Of a stretch of 64,000 nt of DNA, positions 1 through 10,685 are shown piece after piece. The stretch is from contig CAVTCR010000062.1 in NCBI GenBank assembly GCA_963733195.1, forward strand, positions 32,001-96,000, in the 5' to 3' direction. Under the pieces are notes generated by a model that made no database searches, was not told the origin of the DNA, and was given only the letters and a program-made list of their open reading frames with translations. The position numbers were made by a program, and so were the translations under genes. Numbering within the stretch: the stretch's first letter is position 1; every line of letters starts with the position of its first letter. The stretch is from an uncultured delta proteobacterium. GTDB taxonomy: Bacteria > Desulfobacterota > Binatia > Bin18.

Positions 1-208
1 CGCGGTGTTGGAACAGCTCAACGTCAAACGCGATGCACGGTCAAATGCCGCGGCAGACTACGGCAAGTACACAACCAGTGTTGAAGGCGTGTTCGCTGCC
101 GGCGACTGCCGTCGCGGCCAAAGCCTTATCGTCTGGGCCATCAACGAAGGACGTGGCGCAGCACGAGAATGTGATCGGTATCTCATGGGCGGGACGAATC
201 TGCCGTAG
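1..208 (+). CDS. gltD: Glutamate synthase small subunit, C-terminal end (5' part outside window)
   Basis: [39 protein letters not shown] is the typical GltD C-terminus. Confidence 0.9.
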   Translation, partial: AVLEQLNVKRDARSNAAADYGKYTTSVEGVFAAGDCRRGQSLIVWAINEGRGAARECDRYLMGGTNLP

Positions 209-351
209 TCCTCCAGAGAACGTCGAAAGGTTAGGCTAGGCCGTTCAGTTCGTTCTTTCCCCTAAGAATCGCTGCAACCTCTTGAGTCACAGTGCGGCAT
301 CGCATACAAAAAAGAAGTGCCGATGAAACACTTTGAGGAGGACATCACACG

Positions 352-605
352 ATGAAGCCAGTGACCGTTTACACGACCGATTATTGCGGTTTCTGTGTAG
401 CCGCAAAAACTTTACTCAAAAGCAAAGATATTCCCTTCCAAGAAGTTGACGTAACCAAAGACCAAGCACTACGTCAAGAAGTGGTCAAACGCTCCGGACG
501 ACGCACGGTGCCGCAGATCTTCATTGGTGATGAATCGATCGGTGGCTTCACCGAACTCAAAGCGTTGTCTGACAAGGGCGAGTTAGCAGCAAGCTTGCAG
601 ATTAA
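352..605 (+). CDS. grxC: Glutaredoxin 3 (dithiol, CGFC)
   Basis: YTTDYCGFC, RTVPQIFIG and IGGFTEL motifs; RBS GAGGAGG. Restoring one A near 592 gives ...ELAAKLAD* ending at TAA 603-605; the ORF-track extension to 711 runs through repeat DNA. Confidence 0.85.
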
Positions 606-611
606 AAAGAT

Positions 612-715
612 AAAGCGTAAAACGCAAAAAGCAGGCATGGGGAGTTTACGTATCATGTTTGACGCATCACGTATCACGTCAAACGCATCACGTTCCGTGC
701 ATTACGTTTGACGTC
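612..715. repeat. 7-nt periodic degenerate repeat array (ACGYWTC-like) with a short complementary arm
   Basis: cgtaaaacgcaaaaagc ... tttacgtatcatgtttgacgcatcacgtatcacgtcaaacgcatcacgtt. Confidence 0.75.
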
Positions 716-731
716 TAAAGGAGGGAAGATT

Positions 732-1040
732 ATGGCACTCTACCTTGATGAAATCTGGTTGAGAGATCCGAGTCCAGAACGTGCGAAGGAATTCGTTCGC
801 ATGATCGGCCAGGCAGCAAAAAGTCCCGCGAATGTCGGAGCCCCAGCAGAAGTGAAGATGATCGCTGGTCCGTGGGCGTCGAATGAAGAAGCCAAGATAC
901 TATTCGTCGTTGACATCCCAAACCACACGGCAACCTTTCAGGTCTTCTCGAAATTCGTCTCGCAGGGCTTGATTGAAAAGCGTCGCCTGACGCCGATTGT
1001 CGACTGGAGCGAAGTGGAAAAAGCGTCGAGTCAGTGGTGA
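732..1040 (+). CDS. Small hypothetical protein, DUF3303-like
   Basis: RBS GGAGGG before ATG 732; ~102 aa; GPW...FVVD...LTPIVD pattern resembles DUF3303. Confidence 0.6.
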   Translation: MALYLDEIWLRDPSPERAKEFVRMIGQAAKSPANVGAPAEVKMIAGPWASNEEAKILFVVDIPNHTATFQVFSKFVSQGLIEKRRLTPIVDWSEVEKASSQW

Positions 1041-1049
1041 CGTCTAACT

Positions 1050-1166
1050 CATGAAACGGAGATCTGAAGAACGAACCGGAGAACCAGGGAGTGGGAGAAT
1101 CGGAGAAGAAGACAGTTGTTCCTTTTCTCTTTTCCCCGCTTCCCCGTTTCACCAATTTCCCACCGT
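1050..1166. repeat. 8-nt periodic inverted repeat array between convergent genes
   Basis: Purine arm ccggagaaccagggagtgggagaatcggagaag followed by pyrimidine arm ttttctcttttccccgcttccccgtttcacc. Confidence 0.65.
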
Positions 1167-2062
1167 TTAGGCAGAAACCTCGCATACTTCGCAGGTAGCC
1201 GCCGCATTCGCCTCAGCCCGGATGCGGTCCTCTTCAGTCTGATATTGTGGCGTGTCATGCCGTGGAGTGCGCGAATCCCCTTCTGACATCGCGGTAGGTT
1301 TCCAATCTTCATCATCCCAACGGAACGGAAGCATCTTAATTTGTCCTGGCACTGTGAGTGAGGTAAATCCTTCAAGCGCCTGGAGCATAATTTCGCGCTG
1401 TAACTCCGGCTGGTTTGGTTTCCCTGTTGTATGGCCTAGCGGATAGTCAAGAAACGCCGCTCGTGGCGGATTCCCGGCTTTGAGAATGTCAAGCGCACTA
1501 CCCATGCAAAGGTTGGGATACCAGCAGCTTCAACTTGTCGTGCGATCAGTCCCACGGACTGATGGCAGACCGGTCACACAGGGACAAGCAACGCAACATC
1601 CACTTCATCAGCGACCAGCCGTTCGACCAAACGCGGGGCAAGATCATCAGCAACCCGGCGTGTGGAATAAATACCGCCCATGAACGTATAAAAGTTGTCG
1701 GCCAACGCTCCGACCACACCTTCTTTCACTAAACGCCGGAGAGTATCAATGGGAAACACGACATTAGGGTCTTTGCGGGCATCAGTTTGATCGTAAGCAA
1801 AATGGGCGGTGCGGAGGTCAGTCGTCTTTACCGTCGTCGGAATTGCACGGAATGAAGTATCATCTTTGAAATGAAACGCTACTTGCCCAGTGACATAGAG
1901 ACCTCCAGAGGCGACCAGTCCAAGCTTGCACTGCGAGAGTGGCTTACGCATAGGCGTCCACGGTGGCACATCAGGATTGTTCACCCACTGATAGGGTTTG
2001 TATCCAAGCTTAGCGTAATTGTCTGTGATACGCCTGATATACTCAACCGGTGGTTGTGGCAT
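1167..2062 (-). CDS. Selenoprotein of the glycine/sarcosine/betaine/D-proline reductase selenoprotein B (GrdB/PrdB) family; Sec at UGA 1574-1576
   Basis: Reads ...DVALLVPV-UGA-PVCHQSVGLIARQVEAAGIPT..., a UxxC motif; family motifs DPNVVFPIDTL and PPRAAFLDYPLGH; one missing base near 1510 joins it to ORF 1167-1505. Confidence 0.88.
1541..1567 (-). promoter_or_regulatory. Bacterial SECIS element
   Basis: UGCC-AUCAGUCC-GUG-GGACUGAU-C-GCA: 8-bp upper stem, C:C mismatch, 3-bp lower stem, loop starts with G 18 nt after the UGA. Confidence 0.8.
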
Positions 2063-2120
2063 GGGTACCTCCTGAGGCCCTCTAATGTACGGATTTCGCA
2101 GAGGAATGCAAAGGATGGCA

Positions 2121-2469
2121 CTAAGCTTTCTCCGGTGGGATGATTTGTTCTAGCATGACTATCAATGCTGGCAGGTCTACAGTCAGCACTTGCCAGAGAA
2201 TGTCGAAGTTGATGGAATCATAGCCATGGACCAACCGGTTACGAAGTCCAATGATTTGCTCCCAAGGGATTGCTGCATGATGTTCACGTTCAGCTTTTGA
2301 GACGCGATTTGCCGCCTCGCCAACAATCTGCGACGAGTTGGATGAGTGCAAGAGTGAGCATCCGGTTGCTATTAAGATCGACACGAGTGTGAGGCTGGGC
2401 CATAACAACGGCTTCACGAGCGTGGTCAAGCATCTGACGCAAACTGACGGAATCGTCATGACGCGACAT
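2121..2469 (-). CDS. HepT-like HEPN ribonuclease toxin (DUF86), frameshift near 2330
   Basis: MSRHDDSVSLRQMLDHAREA...IVGEAANRVS...IPWEQIIGLRNRLVHGYDSIN (HEPN RxxxxH motif). Confidence 0.85.
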
Positions 2470-2767
2470 AAACGGCCTCCGCCTCCGCAAGAACTTCATC
2501 GCGGAAATATCGACTCAAGCATTGGGGAGTATTGAGATCGACAGGATATCCAAGGACCTGAGAAAGTTCATCTTGCATGGCAAAAAAAGCCCAACCAGGT
2601 GTCTTACCTGGCTCAAACTCTACCAGGACATCGACATCACTGTCCGGGCGGAAGTCATCACGCAGCACCGAACCAAACAGCGCTAATTTGCGGATGTGGT
2701 GCTTACGGCAGAACTCGGCAATCCGTTCTTTGGGGATAGAAATTTTCGCCTTGGTATTCATTGCCAT
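2456..2767 (-). CDS. MntA-like minimal nucleotidyltransferase antitoxin
   Basis: LFGSVLRDDFRPDSDVDVLVEF (GS-x10-DxD); overlaps the HEPN gene start. Confidence 0.9.
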   Translation of the reverse strand: MAMNTKAKISIPKERIAEFCRKHHIRKLALFGSVLRDDFRPDSDVDVLVEFEPGKTPGWAFFAMQDELSQVLGYPVDLNTPQCLSRYFRDEVLAEAEAVYVAS

Positions 2768-2773
2768 TGAACC

Positions 2774-5700
2774 TTAAAGCCTTCTAGACTCTAGACTGTC
2801 GAGCAGCATCTTCGCCTCTTGTAAGTCTCTCGTATCAAATCCTTCCGTGAACCAGTTATAGACCTCGAACAACAGCTTGTGAGCTTCAGCCTTCTTTTCC
2901 TGCTGCTGCCACAAGCGGGCGAGACTCATAGCGGCACGGAGTTCCAGGGATTTTGCTTGTTGCTTGCGCGCGATTTCAATCGCCTTCAGGAAGCACTCTT
3001 CTGGAGACGATGAGGTGACTGGGTGACTGGGTGACTGGACGACTTCTTTTTCTTCTCCCGTTCGCCCCATCTCCCGTTCGCCCATTCGGAGCGATAGCTC
3101 CCCATACAGCCGATACAGCTCGGCCTCGCTGAAACGTTCCCCAGTTTTGTCCACCGCAGCCAGCGCCTCGGCTACCACACTCAGCCCTTCCTCTACTTGC
3201 CCCGCTTTCCCATACACTTCGGCCAGCCGGGGAAGAAGAGCTATCCGCACCAGCTCTGCTCCCATGATCCGAAAGGCAGCTAGGCCCTGCTGCATCTGCG
3301 CAATGCCTTCTTCCACCTGCCCCTGCTCGACCAGCGCCCCGCCTCGGACTACAGTCCCCTGCGCCAACCAAAATGGAAACCCCTGCTCGGTTGAGAGTGT
3401 CATCACTGCCTCTGCTCGCTCTCGGGCTGCTCTGCCACTCTCGACGGAGAGCTATGAAGCCAGGCAGCAAACCCCAAGGCAAGAGCCAGACTAAAGGGAA
3501 GAGACAACTCCTGCGGCCAAGGCCAGTGCCTCCTGGCTCCTCTTCAGCGCTTGGTCTGGATAGCCCAGAAGCCACAGGGTCACGGATGCATAGGAGAGGC
3601 ATGTCACCCTCGGGTCTGCCCGACAGCGGTAGGGGGAGGGTGCTGCTGGGGGTCATAGAGAGCTATGCCTTGCTCCAAGTGTGGCCGTGCAGAGGTCAAC
3701 TCTCCAAGCCAGTACAAGGTGCCCCCTAGTGCCATGGTGAGCCACTGAAGGAGATGCCGGGCTTGGACGCTCTGGGCCAGGCTGCATCAGCTGCTCCGCC
3801 AGCTCACGTGCCGTCTTGTAACTCCCCCCGAGTTCTGATAAAATAGATACAGACTCCCCAGCACCGGGAAGAGCTGAGGCGTCTCCCCTACCTGCTGGCA
3901 CAGCTCCCGCGCCCGGCGTAAGCTGTTGCCACTTCTGGGGCCGCAAAGCCTTTGCACGGATCAGAGCACCGTCCAAGGCGAGCTGTAGAGTGAGTTCTTG
4001 CTGGGCACGCTCTGGAGTGTCCGGCAAGGTCTTAAGTAACTCCAATCCCTTAGTGAGGTGGCTGATCGCCTCGACGTTGGCCGAGCGCTGGACGGCTCTC
4101 TCACCGGCCTTATGCCAATAGGGAATAGCTGTGCTCGATAAGACCTGCCTCGGTGTAGTGATGCGCCAGCAGTTCGGGCTGAGCTTCTTTCACCTCTGGA
4201 AACTTCGCTTCCAGCACTTGCGCAATCTTAGTGTGATATTGCTGTCGGGTGCGTTTCAACAACGACTGATAGGCCGCATCCTGAATCAGCGCATGTTTGA
4301 AGCTGTATTGCGCTTGTGGGGGTAGACCATACTGATAAACGAGTTCGGCTTCGACCAATCGACGGAGTTCTGCCTGTAACGTCTCTTCATCCAACGGCGA
4401 AACAGCCTGGAGTAACTCATAGGAAAATTCTCGTCCCAGGGTCGCTCCAAGTTGGGCTATCGCTTTAGCATCTCCGAGCCGGTCGAGCCGGGCCATCAAC
4501 GAATCCTGCAACGTGGTAGGAATGGCAAGCGCTTGTAGGGGCGCACGGCCGTGCGCCCCTACAGATTCCACCACCGTCTTGGTCAACTCTTCGACAAAGA
4601 GGGGAATGCCATCAGTCTTCGTCACTATTTGTTGTACGACCTCGATTGGCAGAGCCTTACCGCTCGTCACTCTCTCTACCATCTCCTCAACCTGCGGATG
4701 GCCTAAGCGGCCCAGCGTGATCTGGCCCATGTGCGAGCGCAGAGGCCAAGGAGGACGAAACTCCGGACGAAAGGTCAATAGGGCGAGCATTCGGGTGGTA
4801 GGCACCTGGTCGAGGTAAAGCTGGAGCAGTTCCAGCGTAGAAGGATCGGCCCAGTGCAGGTCTTCCCAGATACTGGACACAGCCTTCCGCTCGGCCTCCT
4901 CTATAATCCACGCTACTAACGCTTCCTGGGTGCGCTGCTTCTGCTTCTGCGGACTCAGAGTAATAGGTTGATGGCCCTCAGGATGGGGAAGCGATAACAG
5001 TGCAGCAAACAGCGGGACCGTGTCCGTCTGGGAAAAATGATATTGTATCAGGACTTTTTGGAGCTTTTCGATCTTGGTCTGGGGTGTATCTTCCCGATCA
5101 AATTGCAATACTCGCTGCAGGTGCTCGATGACGGGGTACCAGGCAGTGTTCTGGTAATAGGGAGAGCAGCGAAACTCGATCGCTGTCGCTCCGTCTTGGA
5201 TGACGTCCTCTTTCAGCGCCTGTACGAGCCGAGATTTGCCAATGCCTGGCTCCCCGCTGAGCAACACCACCTGGCCGTCCCCCTGCCTGGCTCTTGCCCA
5301 CCGCTCTCGTAGCAACCCTACTTCGTCGTCACGCCCGATAAGCGGTGTGAGTCCTTTGCGCACCACGACTTCAAACCGGCTCCGGGCTTCATCCTCCTTG
5401 ACCACGCGATAGAGCATCAGCGGGACCGACACCCCTTTGAGTTCTGGCTGCCCACGCTCTTCACAGACAAACAAGCCTTCGACCAGCCGATACGTAGCTG
5501 CACTAATCACTACTTCATCTGGGTTGGCTTGTCCCTGGATGCGCGCGGCAAGGTTCGGTGTCTCGCCCACGATGGCCAGGTGTTCGGGCTGATCTGTGGT
5601 TCCCATCTCGCCCGCGACAACTAACCCGGTGTGAATGCCGATGCGGACTTGGAGCTTCCTCCCCACCTCATCGCTGCCAAATCCCCCGCGCTCCGCGCGG

Positions 5701-6354
5701 CCCCTTTCCACCTGTGGCCGGTGGCAGGCAAAGGGGGCATTGGATCCCCCCTTAGCTGGGATTTCGCCGTCCGGATGGGGAAAGGAGACCGCTTTTGTAG
5801 GGCCGCGATGATCTCCAATCCTGCCCACACGGCGCGGGCCGCATCGTCTTCGTGGGCCACAGGGTAACCGAAGTACACCAGCAGCCCATCGCCCATATAC
5901 TTGGCCAGATGCCCGCCAAAGCGGTTGATCACGGTTCCGCAGAGTCGCTGATACTCTCGCTCCACTTCACGCAGATCTTCAGGGTCCAGTTGGGTCGAGA
6001 GGGCGGTGGAACCAACCAGGTCACAAAACATCACCGTCAATTGCCGCCTTTCGGCGGCAGAGTCTAGGGTCTGACGTCTAGGGTCTAGCGTCTGACGGCT
6101 GAGATAGTTCGAAGTTGCCGTTCGGGTCGCTAGACGCGGGACTGCGAGAACTTGGAACTGGCGAAGTGCCCGACCCAAACTAACACCTTGCCTTCTTCGT
6201 CAACGGCCAGATGCTTAGCGTCGATGAGTTCAGCTTTGAGATCCTCTATGTACTCGTCGTCTAGTGCGAATCTCCGCTTCAGCGCGCGATACGACACCCG
6301 GCCCTCGCGCTGGAGCAGCTCAGTCACCTGCGTTAGTGCCTCATCGAATGTCAT
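2774..6354 (-). CDS. Adenylate/guanylate cyclase + STAND AAA ATPase + TPR protein (several frameshifts)
   Basis: Pieces 6130-6354, 5621-6178, 4110-5828, 3653-4045, 2774-3406; [29 protein letters not shown], Walker [17 protein letters not shown]-terminal [11 protein letters not shown]. Confidence 0.9.
4534..4563. repeat. Perfect 30-bp GTAG-type REP palindrome inside a coding sequence
   Basis: TGTAGGGGCGCACGG|CCGTGCGCCCCTACA, translated as [10 protein letters not shown]. Confidence 0.9.
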
Positions 6355-6394
6355 CTCCGTCCGCCTCTAATTTTTTCTCTGCTTGTAGGCTCGT

Positions 6395-6802
6395 TTACTT
6401 CGTCGAGAAAAACTCCAGAAAGTTTCCCTCATAGTCATAGACCACCGGAACTAAACCAAAGGGACCACGTTCTTCGCGGCGGATCTCAACACCGTGCTTC
6501 TGGGCAATGGCGGCCAGTTGGTCATACGACTTATCAGTGGAAAATGCGACGTGGCCAAAAGGTTGATGGCGGGCCGGATCACTCGTGGTGAATCCTCCCT
6601 GCCAGTGTTTATCTTGCGGCCAGAATTCCAGGTAATCCGCCAAAGGATCCTGTTGCCCACGGCCAAAAGTGACGGCTTTCACTCCAGCAGGACGCAGGAC
6701 CGGTCCAGGGTCGGTCGCAGTACCGTTTAATAGTTCAGCATAGAGTGCGGCTGAACGTTCAGGGTCCTTCACACGAAACGACATATGAAGAAGCGTTGCC
6801 AT
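6395..6802 (-). CDS. VOC/glyoxalase family protein
   Basis: LLHMSFRVKDPERSAALY, GHVAF, YDYEGNFLEF motifs. Confidence 0.8.
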   Translation of the reverse strand: MATLLHMSFRVKDPERSAALYAELLNGTATDPGPVLRPAGVKAVTFGRGQQDPLADYLEFWPQDKHWQGGFTTSDPARHQPFGHVAFSTDKSYDQLAAIAQKHGVEIRREERGPFGLVPVVYDYEGNFLEFFSTK

Positions 6803-6825
6803 AATAATTCCCTCCTTTTCTTGTG

Positions 6826-7812
6826 TTATCTGATCCTGACAAACTTCTGCAACGAGTGACAATCCAGTGGAATTAAGCCTTGTTTTCCACCGGCGCTGTA
6901 ATTGACCTCACTCACATAGAGATCTCCACGCGAGTCCGACCAAATGCCATGCGGCGCGAAGAAGTTCCCCGGCGCAACCCCATCCTCACCACCAAAGCGA
7001 GTTTGTACTTCTCCATCAAGCGTAAGGACACTGACACAAGCATGCGGCTGATGGGGCGGCACTGCGGCTCCCATTCCAGCTGGCATCGCGGCCACACGAA
7101 ATCCCAGTTCCGCCACAAAGAGATTCTCGTCAGCATCAATGTACAAATCGTCGGGTCGCTGCACATGTGTCCAGGAGGTGATGTAGGTGCCGTCACCTTT
7201 GAACACCTGAATACGTGAGTTCTCACGATCTGCCACGTATACCGTTCCACGACGGTCAACGGCAATTGCATGTGGAAGTTTGAACTGTCCAGGACCACTT
7301 CCCGGTTCCCCCCATGAAAACAACAATTCCCAGGTTGGAGAAAAGACATGGACTCTAGCATTGCCATAGCCATCGGCAACGTACAAATTGCCATTCGGTG
7401 CCAGAGCAACATTGGTCACCATGTTAAACGGTCCAGCCGCGCGCTGCACAGGTGTATCCCACGCTTTGAAGCCAGTTGCAGCGGGTTTGTCTTTTTCGCC
7501 GAGAGTTTGCAACAAGGTGCCATCAGGAGTGAAGATACGAACGGTATGGTCGAAGTTGTCGGCACAGTAAATACGGTCATCAGGACCGATGAAGATGCCG
7601 TGCGCATTGGTGAACACTCCCTCCCCCCATGCAGTCAGAAACTTGCCGTCGCGATCGAAGACGATCATCGGATGCGCACCACGATTGAAGGCATACACAC
7701 GGTCTTGTGAATCTGTGGCAACCCCCGCCACCTCCACAAACGACCAGCCTTCGGGAAGTTGTTCCCACCCTTGGCGGACCTCATATTCAAGTTTGTTTCT
7801 ACCTAGTGCCAT
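6826..7812 (-). CDS. NHL-repeat beta-propeller (peptidyl-alpha-hydroxyglycine alpha-amidating lyase-like)
   Basis: Repeats YVADGYGNARVHVF, GQFKLPHAIAVD...YVADRENSRIQVF, FFAPHGIWSD. Confidence 0.85.
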   Translation of the reverse strand: MALGRNKLEYEVRQGWEQLPEGWSFVEVAGVATDSQDRVYAFNRGAHPMIVFDRDGKFLTAWGEGVFTNAHGIFIGPDDRIYCADNFDHTVRIFTPDGTLLQTLGEKDKPAATGFKAWDTPVQRAAGPFNMVTNVALAPNGNLYVADGYGNARVHVFSPTWELLFSWGEPGSGPGQFKLPHAIAVDRRGTVYVADRENSRIQVFKGDGTYITSWTHVQRPDDLYIDADENLFVAELGFRVAAMPAGMGAAVPPHQPHACVSVLTLDGEVQTRFGGEDGVAPGNFFAPHGIWSDSRGDLYVSEVNYSAGGKQGLIPLDCHSLQKFVRIR

Positions 7813-7985
7813 AAACACCTCCTTTCGACTTGCTTTTTCCCTACTCTGGCCACTACCATAAGATTACCCTGTCGAGAAGGGTGAAACTCGGCAGGGTTCT
7901 GCTACCGTTTTCGAGACGAAAGGATGGAGGAGCTGCCCGAGGTCGGTTCTTCACTCAGGCGCTAAGCTTTTTCGCATTGCTCGCC

Positions 7986-10637
7986 ATGTATGATCGCTGG
8001 CTCACTAGGGTCACTGTCGGGTTTGCTTCTGCACTGCTCATTGTCGGAGCGATCGGTATTGTCTCGTACCGGAGCACTGCAGGGTTAGCAGAAACGACAG
8101 CGCAAGTAACTCGTAGCCATGCCATTATTGTCGCGTTTGAGACGTTGTTGTCTCTGCTCAAAGACGCGCAACGGGGAGCGCTTGGGTATATCCTCACCGG
8201 TGATCAGCGGAACTTGGAACCTTACTATGCCGCCGTCGAAGGGACGGGCCGGCAGCTCGACAAACTTCGTAGCCTCGCGGGCGAGAATGTCACCGATCAG
8301 CAACGACTCCAACAACTCCAGCCGCTTATCGCTCGCGCACTTGCTGAGATGAAAAAGGACCTTGAGTTCCGCACTACCCGTGGAGCTAATGCTGCCGTAC
8401 GGGAACTCCAGCAGAGACAGACATGGAAGAGTACCGATGAAATTACTCGTCTCATTTGGGATATGGAAGCTGAGGAAATGCGTATACTCTCTAGGCGAGA
8501 GAATGCAGCGGAACGACGAACTCGCTGGACGATTTGGGTTATCGTTCTCGGTAATGTGATCGTTTTTGCATTAGTTTCCTTAGGCATTATGATCGTGCGC
8601 TCCGAACTCACCGCACGGCGACGAGCCGAAGCTGAAAGTCTCCAAGCTAAAGAGGCAGCAGAAGTCGCCAATCGCGCAAAGAGTGAGTTCCTCGCTGGCA
8701 TGAGTCATGAGATTCGGACACCTCTGAATGCCATCATTGGAATGGGAGACCTCCTGAGCGAGACCTCGCTCTCACTTGAACAACGAGAATACGTTCGGAT
8801 TACGCGAACCGCAGGCGATACGCTACTCAGCGTCGTCAATGACATTCTTGATTTCTCGAAAGTCGAAGCGGGTCGAGTGGAGGTGGAGCAAGTTCCTTTT
8901 AACCTCCATGAACTTATCGAAAGTACCTGTGAGGTGATGGCGATCCGTGCCCACGAAAAAGGGCTCGAACTCTGCTGTCATCTCCCAGAAACCGTTCCAT
9001 CTCTCACAGTTGGGGACCCTTTTCGTCTCCGACAGGTTCTCGTCAACCTACTGGCAAATGCCATCAAGTTCACCGAACATGGTGAAGTCGTCATTGAAGT
9101 CCAAAACTACACAAAGACTGGGAGCTGGAGATTAGCGACTGATTTCTCTTCCCTGCCAGCCTCAGGCTTTCACACTCTCCAACCAGCAACCAACAGCCAG
9201 CAACCAGCAACCTGTACGCTACGTTTCTCCGTGCGTGATACCGGTATTGGAATCGCATCGGATAAACTTTCGATAATTTTCGACAGCTTTACGCAAGCTG
9301 ACTCTTCGACGACTCGGCGCTATGGCGGAACTGGACTCGGGCTGGCAATCACAAAACGTTTAGTTGAACTTATGGAGGGACGTATTGGGGTGGAAAGTCA
9401 GATTGGGCACGGAAGTACGTTTTTCTTTACGATTCCGCTCCAACTGCAAGTGGAGGCTCAGAGTCCGGTATTCACCCCATCCCTCCAGCTAGCAGGCCTG
9501 AAAGTGCTCGTCGTTGACGATAATGCAACGACACGCAGGGTCATTCGCGAGATCCTTTCTTCTCACGGAGTGACGGTGCACGATGTCGCTTCTGGAAGCG
9601 ACGGGATAGCAGCCCTCACACAGCAAAGTGAGGAAGGCGTGCCATACCAACTATTGCTTCTTGATAGTGACATCCCGGCAGAAGAAAGCTTTGAGATAGT
9701 CTATAAATGCCAGATGCAATCCAACCTGGGAAGTCTCAAGATTCTTATGCTGATTACTGCGGGGCACAGTCGGGACATTTCACGCTGTCAAGCGCTCCGG
9801 ATCCCTTCTGTTATCAAACCCATCAAAAGAGAAAGATTCCTTACGGCTATTCATGAAGTCCTCAACGAAGCACCCGTTCAGCCTACGTCCTCTCCACTTC
9901 ACTCATCACAAGGAACATCGGCCTTCCAACGCTCCTTACACATTCTGCTCGTGGACGACGATACCTACAATCGTGTCGTGATCCAAGCTTACCTGCAACA
10001 CTCTCCGCACCGAATCACAACTGCAGAGAATGGTCGAGTTGCTATCGAGAAGTTCAAAGCCGCTCCTTACGATATCGTCCTCATGGACATTCATATGCCA
10101 GATCTTGATGGTCCTTCTGCTGTACGGACCATGAGAGCGTGGGAACGCAAACGCCAACAATCCCCTGTCCCGATCGTTGCCGTCACTGCCTCTGCAGTAA
10201 AAGAGGAGTTGCAAGAGTGTCTGAACGCCGGATTTACTGCGCACGTGACGAAACCGATCAAGAAGCAAAGACTCATCGAAACACTTGATCGTTACGGAGG
10301 TGGAGGCTCTGCTTTCTCATCACAAGAATCTGACTCTGACAGGCTCGTGCAAGTCAACATTTCTCAGAGTATTCGCTCCATCATCCCACAGTATCTGCAA
10401 GATCAACGTGGAGCTGCCACCTCGATTCTGGTGGCGTTAGAACAGCGAGACTATCAGACGATTCGGGAGCTTGGTCACAAGATGCGTGGCTCTGGGGGCA
10501 GTTTTGGGTTTGATGCCCTCACCAATATTGGTCAAAGCTTAGAAGAAGCGGCCCAGAGCAAAAACCAAGAGGCTATTCGGCACTGGCACCATGAACTCAG
10601 TCGCTATCTTGACCGAGTAGAGGTTGTATATCACTAG
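7986..10637 (+). CDS. Hybrid sensor histidine kinase (CHASE3-HisKA-HATPase-REC-REC-Hpt)
   Basis: Two TM helices around CHASE3 ([11 protein letters not shown]); [10 protein letters not shown]; NAIKFT; DTGIGI; GGTGLGL; degenerate REC1 and intact REC2 (LMDIHMP); Hpt HKMRGSGG. Confidence 0.92.
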   Translation: MYDRWLTRVTVGFASALLIVGAIGIVSYRSTAGLAETTAQVTRSHAIIVAFETLLSLLKDAQRGALGYILTGDQRNLEPYYAAVEGTGRQLDKLRSLAGENVTDQQRLQQLQPLIARALAEMKKDLEFRTTRGANAAVRELQQRQTWKSTDEITRLIWDMEAEEMRILSRRENAAERRTRWTIWVIVLGNVIVFALVSLGIMIVRSELTARRRAEAESLQAKEAAEVANRAKSEFLAGMSHEIRTPLNAIIGMGDLLSETSLSLEQREYVRITRTAGDTLLSVVNDILDFSKVEAGRVEVEQVPFNLHELIESTCEVMAIRAHEKGLELCCHLPETVPSLTVGDPFRLRQVLVNLLANAIKFTEHGEVVIEVQNYTKTGSWRLATDFSSLPASGFHTLQPATNSQQPATCTLRFSVRDTGIGIASDKLSIIFDSFTQADSSTTRRYGGTGLGLAITKRLVELMEGRIGVESQIGHGSTFFFTIPLQLQVEAQSPVFTPSLQLAGLKVLVVDDNATTRRVIREILSSHGVTVHDVASGSDGIAALTQQSEEGVPYQLLLLDSDIPAEESFEIVYKCQMQSNLGSLKILMLITAGHSRDISRCQALRIPSVIKPIKRERFLTAIHEVLNEAPVQPTSSPLHSSQGTSAFQRSLHILLVDDDTYNRVVIQAYLQHSPHRITTAENGRVAIEKFKAAPYDIVLMDIHMPDLDGPSAVRTMRAWERKRQQSPVPIVAVTASAVKEELQECLNAGFTAHVTKPIKKQRLIETLDRYGGGGSAFSSQESDSDRLVQVNISQSIRSIIPQYLQDQRGAATSILVALEQRDYQTIRELGHKMRGSGGSFGFDALTNIGQSLEEAAQSKNQEAIRHWHHELSRYLDRVEVVYH

Positions 10638-10685
10638 CTGTTGATAATCAGTGTGAACATCTTAACGGATCGACTTCGCAGTTAC

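Noticed and set aside
1038-1066. UGA at the end of the DUF3303-like ORF as a second Sec codon
   Set aside because: No redox motif, no SECIS-like hairpin, and the read-through enters repeat DNA and stops within 9 codons
2121-2767. Integron cassette interpretation of the TA pairs
   Set aside because: No recognisable attC boxes or integrase in the window
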